Positions 11,563 to 24,993 of a DNA stretch of 64,000 nt are shown piece by piece. This stretch comes from Leptogorgia sarmentosa. Lineage: Eukaryota. How positions within the stretch are numbered: position 1 is the first letter of the stretch; each line of letters starts with the position of its first letter. Made by a program: the position numbers and the translations under genes. The DNA lies in NCBI GenBank assembly GCA_964658305.1, contig OZ210885.1, forward strand, positions 18,538,001 through 18,602,000, read 5' to 3'. The notes under the pieces are model-generated. The model made no database searches, had not been told where the DNA came from, and worked only from the letters and a program-made list of their open reading frames with translations.

Positions 11563-14500
11563 ATGTCATTGTTCCGGGTCATGGACCTCGCTAGAAAAAG
11601 GAAATTTTTGATTGCCGCTTTAACGTTCAGCGAACTTCTCAACAAAAGTATGTGCTGGACTAATGTATTTTTTGTACTCTGTTATACCTGTAAATCGTGT
11701 CTTTCTCTGCAAATTTATATGTATATTAACGTGATTTTGTATTAATAGCCGTGATCCTTAATATCCATAATTTACCCCCAAATATCCCCAACGTGACCTC
11801 AACCAGGAATATGTGGTATGGGTTGGGTTAGGATTAATGTTTGAAGCCTTTACATGTCTAAAAACCTCTGTTTTGTTGTTCTTTGCTTTGGTATTTTGAA
11901 ACCTTTTTTATTTTTGTGTTCTGGTTGATGTCTGTTGTATAAACTAGAACATTGAGGGAGAGTTTTGGCTCAATTTTCAGGTAGAGAAAAGTTCAGTATT
12001 AACAAGCCACTGGTGGTTTTGGAGGAGGATGGGTCACAAATTGATGAGGATGTTTTTCGTTTTTTGCCAAAAAATACAATCTTGCTAATTCTTAATGAAG
12101 GAGAGCAGTGGGAACCAGCCAATTCCATATCAAGTGCACCAGCAACTGTGACAGCTATGGACCCTACAGCTGACACCACCAATACCCCTAGCTCCAGCAG
12201 TAAGGCTTATGGAGACTTGGTATCACAAGCACAGATAAGAAGAGACAACAAAGGAAATATTATTCTTGGAAAACCAAATAAAGAGGTGCAGTTCATATAT
12301 TGCATGGTTCAAAGCCGCTAGCATACTGAGAGTGAGGGTAAAATACTGAGGGTACCAATGCTGAAATGCTGGCATCCAAGAAGCCATATCTGAGAAGAGT
12401 AAACTGAATTTGTTAAAAAAGTTCATTTTTATCTGTTTTGCCAATTTTGCCAAAAAAATTTGTCAGTTACATGTTTTGAAATATATATACTATAAGCCTT
12501 GCATGTTGGTATTAAACTGCCTAAAAAGGTCATCCCATCATTATTAAAATTACTTTATTTAACATACCATACAGTACCTTTGTTTTTGTCAAGTAAAGTA
12601 GAGATTTGTGATTGTATTAAAAATTTGGAAACTTTGTTAATTGGATAACAGGTCCAGACATTTGGTGGTACCAACAATGGACAATTAAATAGCAGGAAAT
12701 AATTGTAAAGTTTTGTCCAAAATACCTAGACATAGTTGCATTGTTGCATGCCATAGCAAAGGCTCTTACATTTTTTCCAGGATAACATTTGTGTTGAGTA
12801 CATGTACATGTGCCTCTAAAATATGCAAGATGTTGCAGTGTTGTTACAATACCAACAATAAGAACTAAGCTGGACAAATAATGGTTTTAAATATTTCCAT
12901 TATAATCATACTCTTTTACAATAATAATTTAAATTTTCTAGTAAACATTTTTGGTTACAGCTGTATAATTATATGATTTATCTTTGTTGGATATGCTGTA
13001 ATTAAATACAACCACCAAATATGATACACCCACTTATTTAACATTGTATAGTTCTACTAATGAAAAACTTACATCAGAAATAACTGTTTCTTATATGAAC
13101 ACAATCTGGGAAGCATTGGAGGGTCTTGCTGGTGCCACTATATGTCAAATGTGTCCCAAATAGTATGCAAAAAATTACAACTTGCATGTATTTTTGTGTT
13201 AATCTAGGAATTACAAGAGCCACCTGCTCCTTTGAAAGAGTTGGAAGAAAAGGCAAAAATTTTCACCAAAGGTATCAAAGGAACTTTAACCAAATATCAA
13301 AAGGCTGTTAACGAGGCATCCATAAAGCTGTGTAAAGAAAATCCTTCGTTGGTATTCCAGAGAAACAAGCTTTTCGAAGAAGCTAGGAAAAAGGTTAGAG
13401 AGAGTGGTTACGATTTTGCTAAAGGAAGCTCAAGGGCCCAGGGTCTAACCGATGAAGCAGTACCTCCCAAGAGAGTGAAAACAACTACAGATGATCGAGC
13501 AGAATACATACAAAAACTGCAGAGTGACATTTCTTCCAAGGAAGACCAAATTCGATACAAGCAAAATCGAATCGACAAAGGAGTTGGGAGTTGTGTGACA
13601 GGCTTAGTGGAGAAGTGTGTCAACTCAGAAAAGAGATCTACGAGGTCAAACAAGAAGTAAAAATCTATCAAAAAAAGGCAACACAGTCTGAGTGATGGTA
13701 CCGATCCTTTACAACAAGAGGCCAGATCCATTTTAGAGAAAAGAATTAAGTCAGTGCGTCTAAAAGCAAGGAGAAAGGCTGCCAAAGCAATAGCTGAATC
13801 CAGGTTGTTGAGGAGGAAGCGAAGCAAGCGGGTTGGCAGGATCGTTAGGCAATTTCCCGACATTGGTAAAACTATCGAAAATTATGTACGAAAAAATGAA
13901 GTATGAGCTGACGCGTGGAGGAGAACGGGTGTTCTGACTTTCGATGGAAATAGAAAACTAAAGAAAAAGGTGACATATCGTAGTATAAAAGAACATCTGG
14001 AACAAACATACAAGACAAAGTTCAGCTATGGAACAGTTGTACAGCTTGGAGTTGCAAGGAACAAAAGAAGAAGATCAGCAAAAAACTACAGAGGATTGGC
14101 TAGGGTAACATGCCGAAGAACACGAAAAGGATTCACCATAACGTATAACCCTGACGAGCATTGGTCTTCTGCCTTTTACCGTGGATTGGATTACATTCAA
14201 TACATGGATGGGACAGACAAAGTGATTTTAAACAGGGACGATCAGGCTGGGTTTTGGCTGGATACCCTTGCGACTCATAACAAACATGCAATGTTATGTT
14301 TTAATGATAATGTTCCATTGACAACCAAGACTGATTTTGTTACAAAGTATCCATCAGTTCTTCAAACGTCCAGTTATAACTTTACGGAGACAAACACAAC
14401 TACAGAGGTTTGTGCAGGGATTGTCAAAGCTGCTCCTGTGCACCCTAAAAATCCTGCACAACATGCCTGTGATCTGGAGTCCTTAGAATGTAGAGAAGAG

Positions 14501-16187
14501 TTGGAACCTGTCTTCAAAAATCCTAAAACCAACGAAAAAAGAGAATAGAATGTGTACGTGTAGATGGCGGAAACGACGAGAGACCTGCACATATTGAGGT
14601 TCAATTCTTCTGGACAATACGTCATTTGGAGAAGGGAACAATTGTTCACCTGATTACATCATGTGATGCAGGGTCGAGCAACAAAAACAGGGATTGCAAA
14701 ATGGGTGTTTGGCGCAAGGCCACTCAAATTTATTCATCCCATCTACCTTGAATGGTTATTGTATTGAGAATGGCAAACTAAACCAGGAGAAGCTTGCCCA
14801 AAATCTAAACGATGCAATTGATGTGTATATCAGTAGAGTGAATGGATGCAAATGTGGAGATGCCAAAATTACTCTATTTAAAGGTCCTGACAGTGCAGAC
14901 TACCAGAAACTTCGACAACACCTAAGAATCTATCTCAAAGGAAAAGAAGAGGGAAAGAAGGCTTTACAGAATAACCATCCTGAACAATTCCAGTACATTG
15001 ACAAAATTTGGAATTTAAGGAACTCTCACATGGTCAAAGCATTGCCAAGCAAATATGTATTCCACTTGGTGTGCTGTTATAACAGAAAATGCATTCATCC
15101 AGTTTGTCAAAATGGACCTCCCGATGACCCACATGCTTGGTATGCAGGAGGTCCACCAGTCAACTTCTTGCCTCTACCTGTCCCTGATCCAAAAAGGTGT
15201 GGACAACTATATAATTTATACACATATATTCTAAATTGTCTGTAGCTTACAAGTCGAATTAAATATTCCTACTTGAAATTTAATATGCACCATATGGTAT
15301 GCCTTAATTGATATATTTTTTGCAGGTTTTATAATAATACAAATTGCAGAGAATGCACTGGGTCACCCTGTTATGGTCACTACATGAAGCCAGTTGAACA
15401 AATCCAGAAGCATCTTGAGAACAGTGAGTTGACGATGGTTTCTCCCCCAAGTGAAGTTATGAAAATCATGTTCGATCGTGGGGAGTGTAGTGATGTTGAC
15501 CAATTGGAAGCATCACAAAAGACACTATTACCTCCTGACAAGGTGCTTATTTGACATTCAGTCTTTACTTTTGTGATATACAGTCTGTAACATCTAAATG
15601 TCTATTATGATCACTTTCAGTTCCTGGCACATTTGCAAAATAAATTACTTTGAGTTTGACAATACTGTATGGGCTATTACTTCATTACACTCTAAGTGCG
15701 TATCCCTTCACTTTTTTCGTTTTGAACTACAGGTGATAAATGTACTTTTTTTTAACTACAGGTGAATATTTGGTTTAACCACCTGAAAACGATAAAAGAG
15801 AATCGGAAGATTGGAGCCCAAAAAGCTGCGAAGACTCGTAAGAAGGTACAGTATAGGTGTACATAAAAAACAACCAGTTTCTATTTAAAAATGTACATGC
15901 TTTATGTTTGACTACTTGTAACAGGATACATATATTTTAGCTGTTTTACCTTGTAGTTAACATGCTATTTACTTTATAGGGTACATCCAGTAGGAAGAAA
16001 AAAGAATTGCAATCTGCATGCTCCACTTGCTTGTGTGTTGAACCACCAACTAATGATGAAGTTGGGACTGATGTTATCAACTGGATACAATGTGACCTGG
16101 CATCACCAGCTATGTGTTAGCCCAACATTAGTGACAGATGATATCGACTGGAAGTGCCCTCTTTGCATTGCTGAGAGTTTAATATGA
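11563..16187 (+). pseudogene. Six-exon gene: CIDE-N domain + Zator-like DDE transposase + PHD finger
   Basis: Phase-compatible GT-AG exons 11563-11647, 11981-12285, 13208-15196, 15326-15542, 15762-15845, 15980-16187. CIDE-N: FRVMDLARKRK..LVVLEEDGSQIDED..LLILNEGEQW. DDE-like: NRDDQAGF, VDGGNDE, GSSNKNR. PHD: CSTC..WIQCD..HQLC..WKCPLC. Stop near 13904 and several frameshifts. Confidence 0.7.
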
Positions 16188-16294
16188 GTAAAGCATAATC
16201 AAGGCAGTTTTAATAATCTTAGATATTTGCAGGTTGCAGAATATAAATATTCAAATGCAAAATTTTGGTTTATGTATGGCATGCGGTCATACTA

Positions 16295-16381
16295 AATACC
16301 GTCAACAACCGTCAACCACCGTCAACAACCGTCAACAACTGTCAACAACCGTCAACAAGCAGGCAAATACCGTCAACAAGC
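16295..16381 (+). repeat. 10-bp tandem repeat (CCGTCAACAA)n, ~8 units
   Basis: Directly visible; may be the subterminal repeat of a DNA transposon end. Confidence 0.8.
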
Positions 16382-17025
16382 AGAAAATTCCGTAAATTTA
16401 TATATCTAAACATGTTTAAATCTTAATTAACTAAATTCGATAAATTAAAGAATTGATTCCGTCATTTATTTTAATGTTCGACGGATTCATTACTGCCGAT
16501 GAAATTATTATATCGCGAGCCACATGCTTTACGCTTTAGCCTGAACTTGGAGTCTTTTGGACGACGAACCGATACGAGGATGAAAAAGGTTAGTTTGTCT
16601 TTCTTGTGTTTGTAGTTGAATTGTTTTAGTTCATGCAATCATGCTGTTTCTTTCTCCACATGACAAGACTTCAAAACCTATACTATTAGGCTATTTGTAC
16701 TGTACGTACGTCATTCTCATATATAAATATGAAGTTGTGAGGTAAAACTTTATGGGAGATGATATGCCTTCTTTATTCAATAAATTAAAAAAGAACTGAA
16801 TGATAAGGATGAAGAAAAAAATTAAAAGGCGTACATTGCAACATTTTGATCTAGACTTTTCTAGACTAGGATAGTAGACTTTCACTATATATGTGATCAT
16901 GGTCTACAGACTGTGGGCTATAGTTGTCATAAATATTTAATGGGGGACATTTTTTGGGATACCCTGTCTATCTGTTTTTATAAATTAGAATTCACAATGA
17001 CAATGCTGCTTTTATCATTCAATTC

Positions 17026-17182
17026 AGTATTTAATAGTATTAACAGTATTAACAATTATATTTACAGTGCTACTAATCTAATATCTTAGTTCTATCCTTT
17101 TTAACAATAAAGTATTTAATGGTATTAACAGTATTAACAATTAATATTTACAGTGCTACTAATCTAATATCTTAGTTCTATC
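17026..17182. repeat. Tandem duplication of a ~70-bp AT-rich segment
   Basis: AGTATTTAAT..CTTAGTTCTATC occurs at 17026-17096 and 17111-17182. Confidence 0.8.
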
Positions 17183-17429
17183 ATATTTTTGTTCTTCTAC
17201 TATTTGTTCTGGTTTTCGCAGTACGCACTCGTTTTCGTTGTCCAGGTTTCTTTGCAATGCTTGGTGTTGTTGGTATTTCAATTCCTCCATCAGTTGACTT
17301 CATTGTCTTTCCTTTTTTTTCAGCAGTCAGAGATAAAAACTTTTGGAAGTGTGCAGTCTTTTCATCTTGGGTCTTTGTACTCCATATGAAATGTGGTAGT
17401 ACGAAGTTTTTCAGTTTTGGAACAAGTTC

Positions 17430-18619
17430 AAATGAACCTGCCGGACTGCAACCAAATTTTGTTGGTACTTGTGCTGAACTTTCATTCACTTCGCAAGTCT
17501 GAACCATGCCTAATGTTGCATCAATTTCTTTAACAGTTTCTAGAAATTTAGCAACATTTGACTGTTGTTGTTTCCTTGCTTCATACAGCTTGCATTTCAC
17601 ACCATCCGTTTTCTTTTCCTCTGTATGGGTTTTCATCACAACAACTTCCATTACTGGTTGTGGGGCAATTCCTTCAACTCTCGGTTGGTGCCATTGCTGT
17701 AGAGATGAAGTGCATGCTGAAGAAGGATTTTCATTGTCCTCGTCTTTCAGATCAGTTACCTTCTGGCAGTTAAACAGACTGAATTTGCAAGCCTTCAGCA
17801 TTAGTGCCAAAATATGGTTGCAAAACCCAGACTTTCCTGCTGCACATGTAGGACCACAGTATGCATGAATAACATCACCCGAAACCACACACAAGGCAAG
17901 TTTCAGTTCATGAGGACTTTCATTCTTTTTAAAGCTATGAAAGCATTTAGCACGATAGAAGAAATAGCGTTGGTCATATGTTGTCCGAATATCATGTAAA
18001 TATTCGTCTTGCAAATAGGCTTTGGCTTTCATAAGCCCTGTAGGCAGCTAGTGATAACTCCCACCACCCACATTTTTACCAGATTCTTTAATATGCTTGT
18101 CTATTTCCACTCGACTAAAGAATGGCGCCTTTGAAGGTGATGTGCCCCAGCCATCTGTAGGAAACTTCGCTGTGTGCTTTGTTTGTGTCGAGGGACCCAA
18201 GCTTGTACTGGGCATACTAGTAGATGTGGTTGTGCTGTCCATATGGAGTTGATGAAGCTTGCGCTTGGTATACATCATTGACTCGTCAGGATCAACATTA
18301 TTCCCCTCCAAGCCTCTGCTCACATACTCTTCTACCCTATAAAAAGTAAAAGTAAACACTGTAAACATGCATGTTAAAAATCAATAAAAACTTACTGTAT
18401 GTATTTGATCACAATATTAGCGTTATTAAAAGCCATTTTATTTACTTGCCTTTTGACAAGTAGCGCTTTCGTCTTCAACCCTTTGCATGAATCACCGCGA
18501 CATTGCAGCCAGAACTTAAGCTCGGAATTCTTCAGAGCAGAAGCCTTTCGACCAGAAAGCGCGCTGCCAGGAATATCCTCTTTAGACAACAAGCGTGGTC
18601 CACAAAACACAGTATCCAT
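17430..18619 (-). pseudogene. ISL2EU second gene: SAP-like + SWIM zinc finger, truncated before the expected YqaJ exonuclease
   Basis: LKNSELKFWLQCRGD..KTKALLVKR, then an intron (~18337-18450), then YCGPTCAAGKSGFCNHILALM (SWIM) and ACTSSLQQWHQP. Confidence 0.75.
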
Positions 18620-18804
18620 TATGTGATTTTGGAACGATAAACACCGATCAAACTGATCCAAAACACACTATGCACACAGTATTCTACAACTTGGGTGAAC
18701 TCCCAACACAAATAATCAAATATATCAACTTTATCGTTTTTTCTCACTCTGAATACACTCCATAGAATTTGCCCAGAACACAGCACTGTTGTCGAAGTCG
18801 ACCC

Positions 18805-19151
18805 GAAAGAATATAAACCTCGAACACATGGTTTATTATAGTCTAGTTTTTCGTAACTTGATATAGTTGATATGGCCATGTTGCTGTCATCACTCCTCGC
18901 GGTATAAATCTCGCGGTATAAATCTCGCGAATATAGCACAGCAGGACGTCGTAAGGCACGAATTTTGCCACAAGTTTCATCTTTAGCGGTATCGAATTGC
19001 CCATATACGAAGGAAATATCTTTTTTGGCAAAAAAGTGGGCGAAAATTTTTAAAAACTGCTTCCTCGTCGTATAATCTATAATGATTTTGCAAAATTTGG
19101 CCCCCTTTGCCTCGCTTTCATGTTCGCGGGCGCCATTTTGGAATAAGGTGT
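18805..19151 (-). repeat. Right TIR of the ISL2EU-like element
   Basis: Inverted match to 8503-8818; contains a 14-bp tandem duplication CGCGGTATAAATCT at ~18898-18925. Confidence 0.85.
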
Positions 19152-19169
19152 ATAACAGTTATAATTATA

Positions 19170-21460
19170 ATTTATATCTTTGGTCATATTTTCAAATCTG
19201 ATGCAACTGGCAACTGCCTGTATAGCTCTGTTTCTTTGGCATTGACAGGTACCAATAGTCTGGTTAATGTTTTGAGAATTCTAACATCTATTGAGCTTTT
19301 TTTGAATGCTAATTTTTATGTTCAACACCCTTATTTTTCAACTTTGATAGAAGAGAAAAGTGAACAGTTTGCAAATTCTGCTAAAAATCTTTTGCTTTTG
19401 TCTGTGTCCATGAAGTCTTTAGATACCAACTTAACTGATGATGCATTGGTTAAGCAAGAAGCTTCTTCGAATTGCCATGATAACAGTTTGTCATCATTTT
19501 TATGTATTCTTGGTAATAAGCCGCAATATTTATACTTATTCCCCTGACTATGGGCAACAACGTTTAAAGCCAGATAAAAAATATGTATTCCCTAAGACAA
19601 ATGGGAGAGCTTTTAGGTATGAGTGGTTGAATATGTTCAAATGACTGTGCTGCTCACCTTCTGCAAATGGTGCTTTTTGTTTATCATGTGTTTTATTTGG
19701 TGATAGATTTCCTAGCAAGTCTGCGAAGATTTTTAAACTTTTTTTCTGAACCTTTAGGACAATGGAATAATGCAGGATTTACTTTCAGGAAGCATGCAGG
19801 TCATGGGACTGGGGCAGAAATGGGGTTACATGCTTCTACCTTTCCCATTCTTCAAGCTTTACTTTCACAGATTTCTTGTGCTGCCAAGCCAATTAATGTC
19901 ATTTTAGATACTACACTTCAAAAAGAAATAGAAAACAACAGACAAAAGCTGGCTCCTATTGTTGACACTGCAATTTTATGTGGTCGTCAAGGTCTCCCTT
20001 TGAGAGGACATCGTGATGACTCTCAGTACCATCCAGAGATTGGTGGCTACTCCATTACTATGAATTATGGAGTTCATTGTGGGGATGAAGTTCTGGAGGA
20101 ACATTTGAAAACTTGTGGTAAGAATACCACCTATATTTCCAAAACCAGCCAAAACAAAATTATTCATTGCTGTGGTCAAATTACTACAGAACATATAATG
20201 ATGTCAAAAGAAGTACGTTTTTCTCTATTATTGCTGATGAGGCATCTGATTCATCTCACAAGGAGCAAGTGTCTGTAGTTTTACGTTTTGTTGACTCTGA
20301 AATGAACATTAGGGAAGAGTTCATTGCTTTTCTTCATTGTAAGTGGGGACTGAGTGGAGCACAATTGTCCAAACTGATTTTAGACCACTTGGAGGAACTA
20401 AATTTGTCAATTTTTGATTGTAGAGGACAAGGTTATAATGGCACAGGGTCTGTAGCAGGTCACATTAATGGTTTGTCCGTGCATATTTTAAAAATTAATC
20501 CAAAGGCTCTGTATACTCATTGTATACAGGCTTAACTTGTCTATCTGTTATTCTTTATCCATTGCAGAGATAACTGAGATGCCAAAATATGTGAAAGATA
20601 TATCTAATTTTATTAAAATTTTCCAGACGTGCAGTATTCCTTTTGAAGAGAGTATTAAAAGCTGTAATGTGGAGACAAAAAAGACCAAACTGGTAGATGT
20701 TTGTAGAACCAGATGGGTCGAACGTATTGAGGGATTAGATACATTTAACGAGCTTTTTATTCCACTGTTTCGTTTGTTAGAGGAAATATGAAATTCTTCA
20801 ACAGATGAGTATAATAAAAACATTAAATGTGATGGCTTAACCTATCCAACTCTTATTTCACGATTTGATTTCATTGTTTCTCTTGTCATAACCAGGCTTG
20901 TGCCTGACTTGACTCTTCCCGTGACACAGTTATTACAGGGAAAAACAATTGATGTTATGGAGCCAATTCATCTCATTACCAGTTTGAAAGACCACATATC
21001 TTTGATGAGGAATACCATCGATGACTTTCACAACTCTTGCTATCAGGAAACTTTAGACTTGGCTGAGCAAGTCGAAGTTAGCGAGTGGAAACCCCAAACC
21101 ACTGCAAAGCAGACTGCTCATGCAAATACACCTCACAACTCAACTTCTGATTATTACAAGAAAATCATCACCATCCCTCTTGTTGATCACTTGAATTCTT
21201 CGCTTACTGCACGTTTTGATCTTAATAGTGTGAATATTTATAAGGGGTTATGTATTGTACCATCTAAAATGATTTCTTTAATTGCCAGGGGGATCAATTG
21301 GAAAGACGACTTTAAATCGGTGTCTTCATTTTACCATGATGACTTGCCAAACCCAATTGCATTAGATGCTTAACTGTCATTGTGGACTACCTACTGGACA
21401 AATTATGATGGAGCTATTCCTTCCAACATTGCTGCAACTTTAAAATCAGTTTGTTAATTC
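19170..21460 (+). pseudogene. hAT transposase (P52rIPK/Zaphod-like) with N-terminal OTU/vertnin-like segment
   Basis: ATGNCLYSSVS; FRYEWL; CGRQGLPLRGHRDD; YISKTSQN; FSIIADEASD; RGQGYNG; CRTRWVER. Many frameshifts. Confidence 0.85.
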
Positions 21461-22412
21461 TGGGTCTCTGAGATGGCATTTCCTGCATTTTGAGAATGCA
21501 TTTTGGGAAAAAATTTACTATCAATCCAAATAAAAAGCCAGGTTTTGCTGGACAGCAAGTTATAACCAAATTTTGTATGTTAAACTATACTTTATGCATA
21601 TTGAATAGAATATAAATAACATTGAGTGTTTAAAAGTTTTAAAGACAACCAAGTCAAAGAAAACTCGTTGTTTATCGCATTTGAGCAAAATTTTACGCAC
21701 AATTGTCATTGAAAGCAATGCTTCAGGTCTTTCCCGAACTATGGAGGAACAATGCGAATTTTCACCTTCTCGAGCACAGAAAACAAACGTTCTACAGAAC
21801 GAATACATACAGTAAGGTGTTTTGTTATTTTCTGAGCTTTACATGCACTTGCACAATTTTTAAATTTAAGAACCTGTGATCTTGCTGATTTTGGCACACC
21901 ATTGGCTTCTCGGCGCACCCTTAAAAACCTCGCTGGGGGGGGGCCCTGGCCACTGTGCGTAGTATAAAAATACCAAATATCTTGCCAAATATCTTCCGAT
22001 AACAAGATAATTCATAACCATTTTCTTTGTATTGAAATTTTCTTTAATTAATTAAGATATAGTATATTCAAAATGCCATATTGAACCTGTTTTAGTAGGC
22101 AGGATTTTGCACGATATTTTTTACTCGATATTATACATTTTTATCAACAAACAACAAAAGTTCTACTCAGAACCTAAACGATACAAACAGATTGGGCGAA
22201 TTGAGCAAAGACCCTTTTTCACAAGGAGCTCAGAGAAACAACATTTTCCTTTTTCAACAAAAATTGGAAATTTCATCAGCCCATGCATTGAAATTATAAT
22301 TTCATGAGCAAACCGAAATAAGATATTGTTCGTGTCGAGCATATGCAAAAAAAACCCTGTTGGGTGGGACGCTATTATATCTTATTTGGGTTTGCTTGTT
22401 TAAATTATAATT

Positions 22413-24993
22413 TCAATGCGTGCAAGATTTCTCGGTGTCAGTAACAATGTCTCTTAAGTAGTGTCGCTTCAAAGTGGAAGCTTTCTTCCATCTAGCCATA
22501 TTTATGATTTCCTGGCGCGACAGGCCTTTGGCTTGGCCCTTTGATGTTGCGGTTCCCCTGGTTGAGTGAGCCCTGAACTTCGGTGTATCAACCCCTGCAC
22601 TAGACATAACTTGAACTAACCATCCCGCAATGGTGCAGGGCACCACAGGTTTGTGTGGTTCCACAAAGCTCAGCAGTAATTGGCTCTTACCACTTCCATT
22701 GTGCCACCCTTTGTTGCGATCGTGATAACAATTAATAGTAGAGATCACACAGAACAATGGATTGTCAGTAATCCTTTTGTAATTTTGGCCTTTCGTGCGA
22801 CTGGCGAATAAGTCGACTTCTAGGGGGCCCCACTGTTGATTCAGTATTTTGAATACCCCCGGATTCAACTTCCAGTTGCTGGAGTCGAGAAAGTGTCTCG
22901 ACTCCCAGTCTGCCTGTTGGTTTAATACCCCTGGAAGGTACTCTGCTGTTAACATGATCTTGTTGCCCAGCGAATATTTCCACAGTTCCTGGGCTATTTG
23001 TAATAACACTGGGGACCGTGTTCCCCCCATTTTCAGAATATAAGTGATTGCAGTCCTGTTGTCCATCCTCAGGTGGACATGAATGTCTGTTCTGTTTGCA
23101 GTGAATGCTCTCACTGCAAACAGAGCTGCATTCAGCTCCAAGGCATTGATGTGCAGAAAGGCCTCTTGTTGGGTCCAGAGGCCCCTTGTATGAATGCCTT
23201 GGCAAATTGCTCCCCAACCCTTCAATGATGCATCCGTAGTTATTACTAGGTCCGGAGCTGACATAGCTATGGCACGACCATTCCAGCTGGTGATGTGATC
23301 GATCCACCACTGAAGGTCGTCCCAACAGCTCTGATCCAGGGTAACTTGTGTCTCATATGATTTCCCTGCTATCAGAGTTTTTATCTGTAGCATTTGTAAG
23401 TGTCTGTAATGTAAGGGTGCTGGAAGGATTGCCTGTATGGATGAGGTTAGCTTCCCCACCACCTTGGCAAGCTCCCTTACAGAAGAAACCCTGTTTAACA
23501 GAAGCTGTTGGCAGGACTGTATCAGTTTTTGCAATTTCTGCTCTGGTAATGCTAGGGTCATCTCCAAAGAATTGATCACAAAACTCAAGTATTCCATTAA
23601 TTGTGCTGGGGTTAACACAGACTTCTTCCAATTGATGACAAAACCCAAATGTTGAAGTAGCCAGAGTGCAGTGTCCCTGTCTCTCAACACCCCTTTGTGA
23701 GTTTGATTGAATAGAATGATATCGTCCAGATACACAATCAATCTCAGGCTCAGTCTGCGAAGCAGGGCCACGACTGGCTTCAACAACTTGGTGAAAAGAA
23801 ATTGGGCTGGTCCCAGGCCAAAGGGTGGACAGTTGAACTGATACCGAGTCTTTCCCCAAATAAACCCCAGGAAGTGCTGATGCTTTTGGTGCATTGGGAC
23901 ACAAAAGTAGCCATCCTTCAGGTCTATTTTGACCATAAAATCTCCCTTCTGAAAGATCTGCTTCAACAGGTGCAGCCCTTCCATTTTGAAATGTTGATAT
24001 GTTACATATGAATTCAGATTCTTGAGGTTTATTACAGGTCTGTTTGCCCCATCCTTTTTGGGGACTAGAAAGACTGAACTTATGAACTCCCCTTGTTGGG
24101 GAGAGACCACCTGAATCGCTCCCTTTTCCAACATTGTCCCTATTTCTTTCTTGATCAGTTCCCTCTCGTGCTGGTTGTGAAATTAAGGGACTGGAATTTG
24201 TTTTTGGTGAGGGTTTTTTTGGAAGGGTATTGTTACCCCAGTTACCACTTGTAGAATAAATTGATCGTCTGTCAGCAACTTGCAGTTGCTCTGGAAGTGT
24301 TGTAATCTCCCGGCAAATGGGCAGGCTTGTTTTTGAATTGAGGTGTCCAGGCCTAGGTTTATCAAAGCTGGATGAATGTCCTTGGGGACAATTTGTTGGT
24401 CCATTGTGCTTTGAAGGAGCACAGTGGGCACCTGTTTGAAAGGAAACTGCTCGAAAGCGGCAGAGCTTAGATTCAGGTGATCTCCCTTTTGCGGTGCTGA
24501 ATTTAATAATGATAGACTTGGCTTTGGAATGTCCTCTGGAATAGCCTCTGGAACCACTTGTCCCTCTTCTGAAGGAGATAGATCTACCCCCACCTCTGTA
24601 CTGGGATGAGGGCATTGGACGATAGAGCGAGTAATTTTTGACAACCCTGTTGGAACTTTTGCCCTGTTGGCTAAAGGCTGATGATCCTTGTTGTTTACCA
24701 CGAGGACCACCGATATGGCTTGAGATTAAAAATAGGGTAGGGTTAGGGTTAGGATTTTAAGATTTTTAAATTTTTGTAGCTTTACAGAGTGCTTTGTAAA
24801 ACTTTTGCCCAAATAACGTCTTACTGGGCTCAAGCAAAGATGACTCATGTTTACTCATCAGCTTTTTGGCCTTTTTGAAATCACCGGTAAGCCTATATAG
24901 AATGGCTAGCCGTCTTTCATAATTGAGACTGATCTTGGCTTGGCTTAAGGTGATAGACTGTTCATCTAATTTTAAACACTCAAATAAGTCCAA
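22413..24993 (-). mobile_element. DIRS1-like tyrosine-recombinase retrotransposon, internally deleted
   Basis: RT (RPVINLK, KIDLKDGY, YLDD), RNase H (TDASLKGWG, HINALE, DNRTA), methyltransferase start VDLFAS, YR C-terminus FRAHSTRG..RW..RHY, plus overlapping gag-like frames. Confidence 0.9.

Larger units (their letters stand above)
8503..19151 (+). mobile_element. ISL2EU-like DNA transposon with ~310-345-bp TIRs, enlarged by nested inserts
   Basis: TIRs 8503-8818 and 18805-19151, ACACC...GGTGT ends and AT flanks (8501-8502, 19152-19153). It contains a THAP-DDE gene and an opposing SAP/SWIM gene. Confidence 0.8.

Noticed and set aside
17181..18032. 283-aa ORF as one protein
   Set aside because: It is chimeric: the SWIM-gene sequence switches at ~17430 to an unrelated basic tail from another decayed element.
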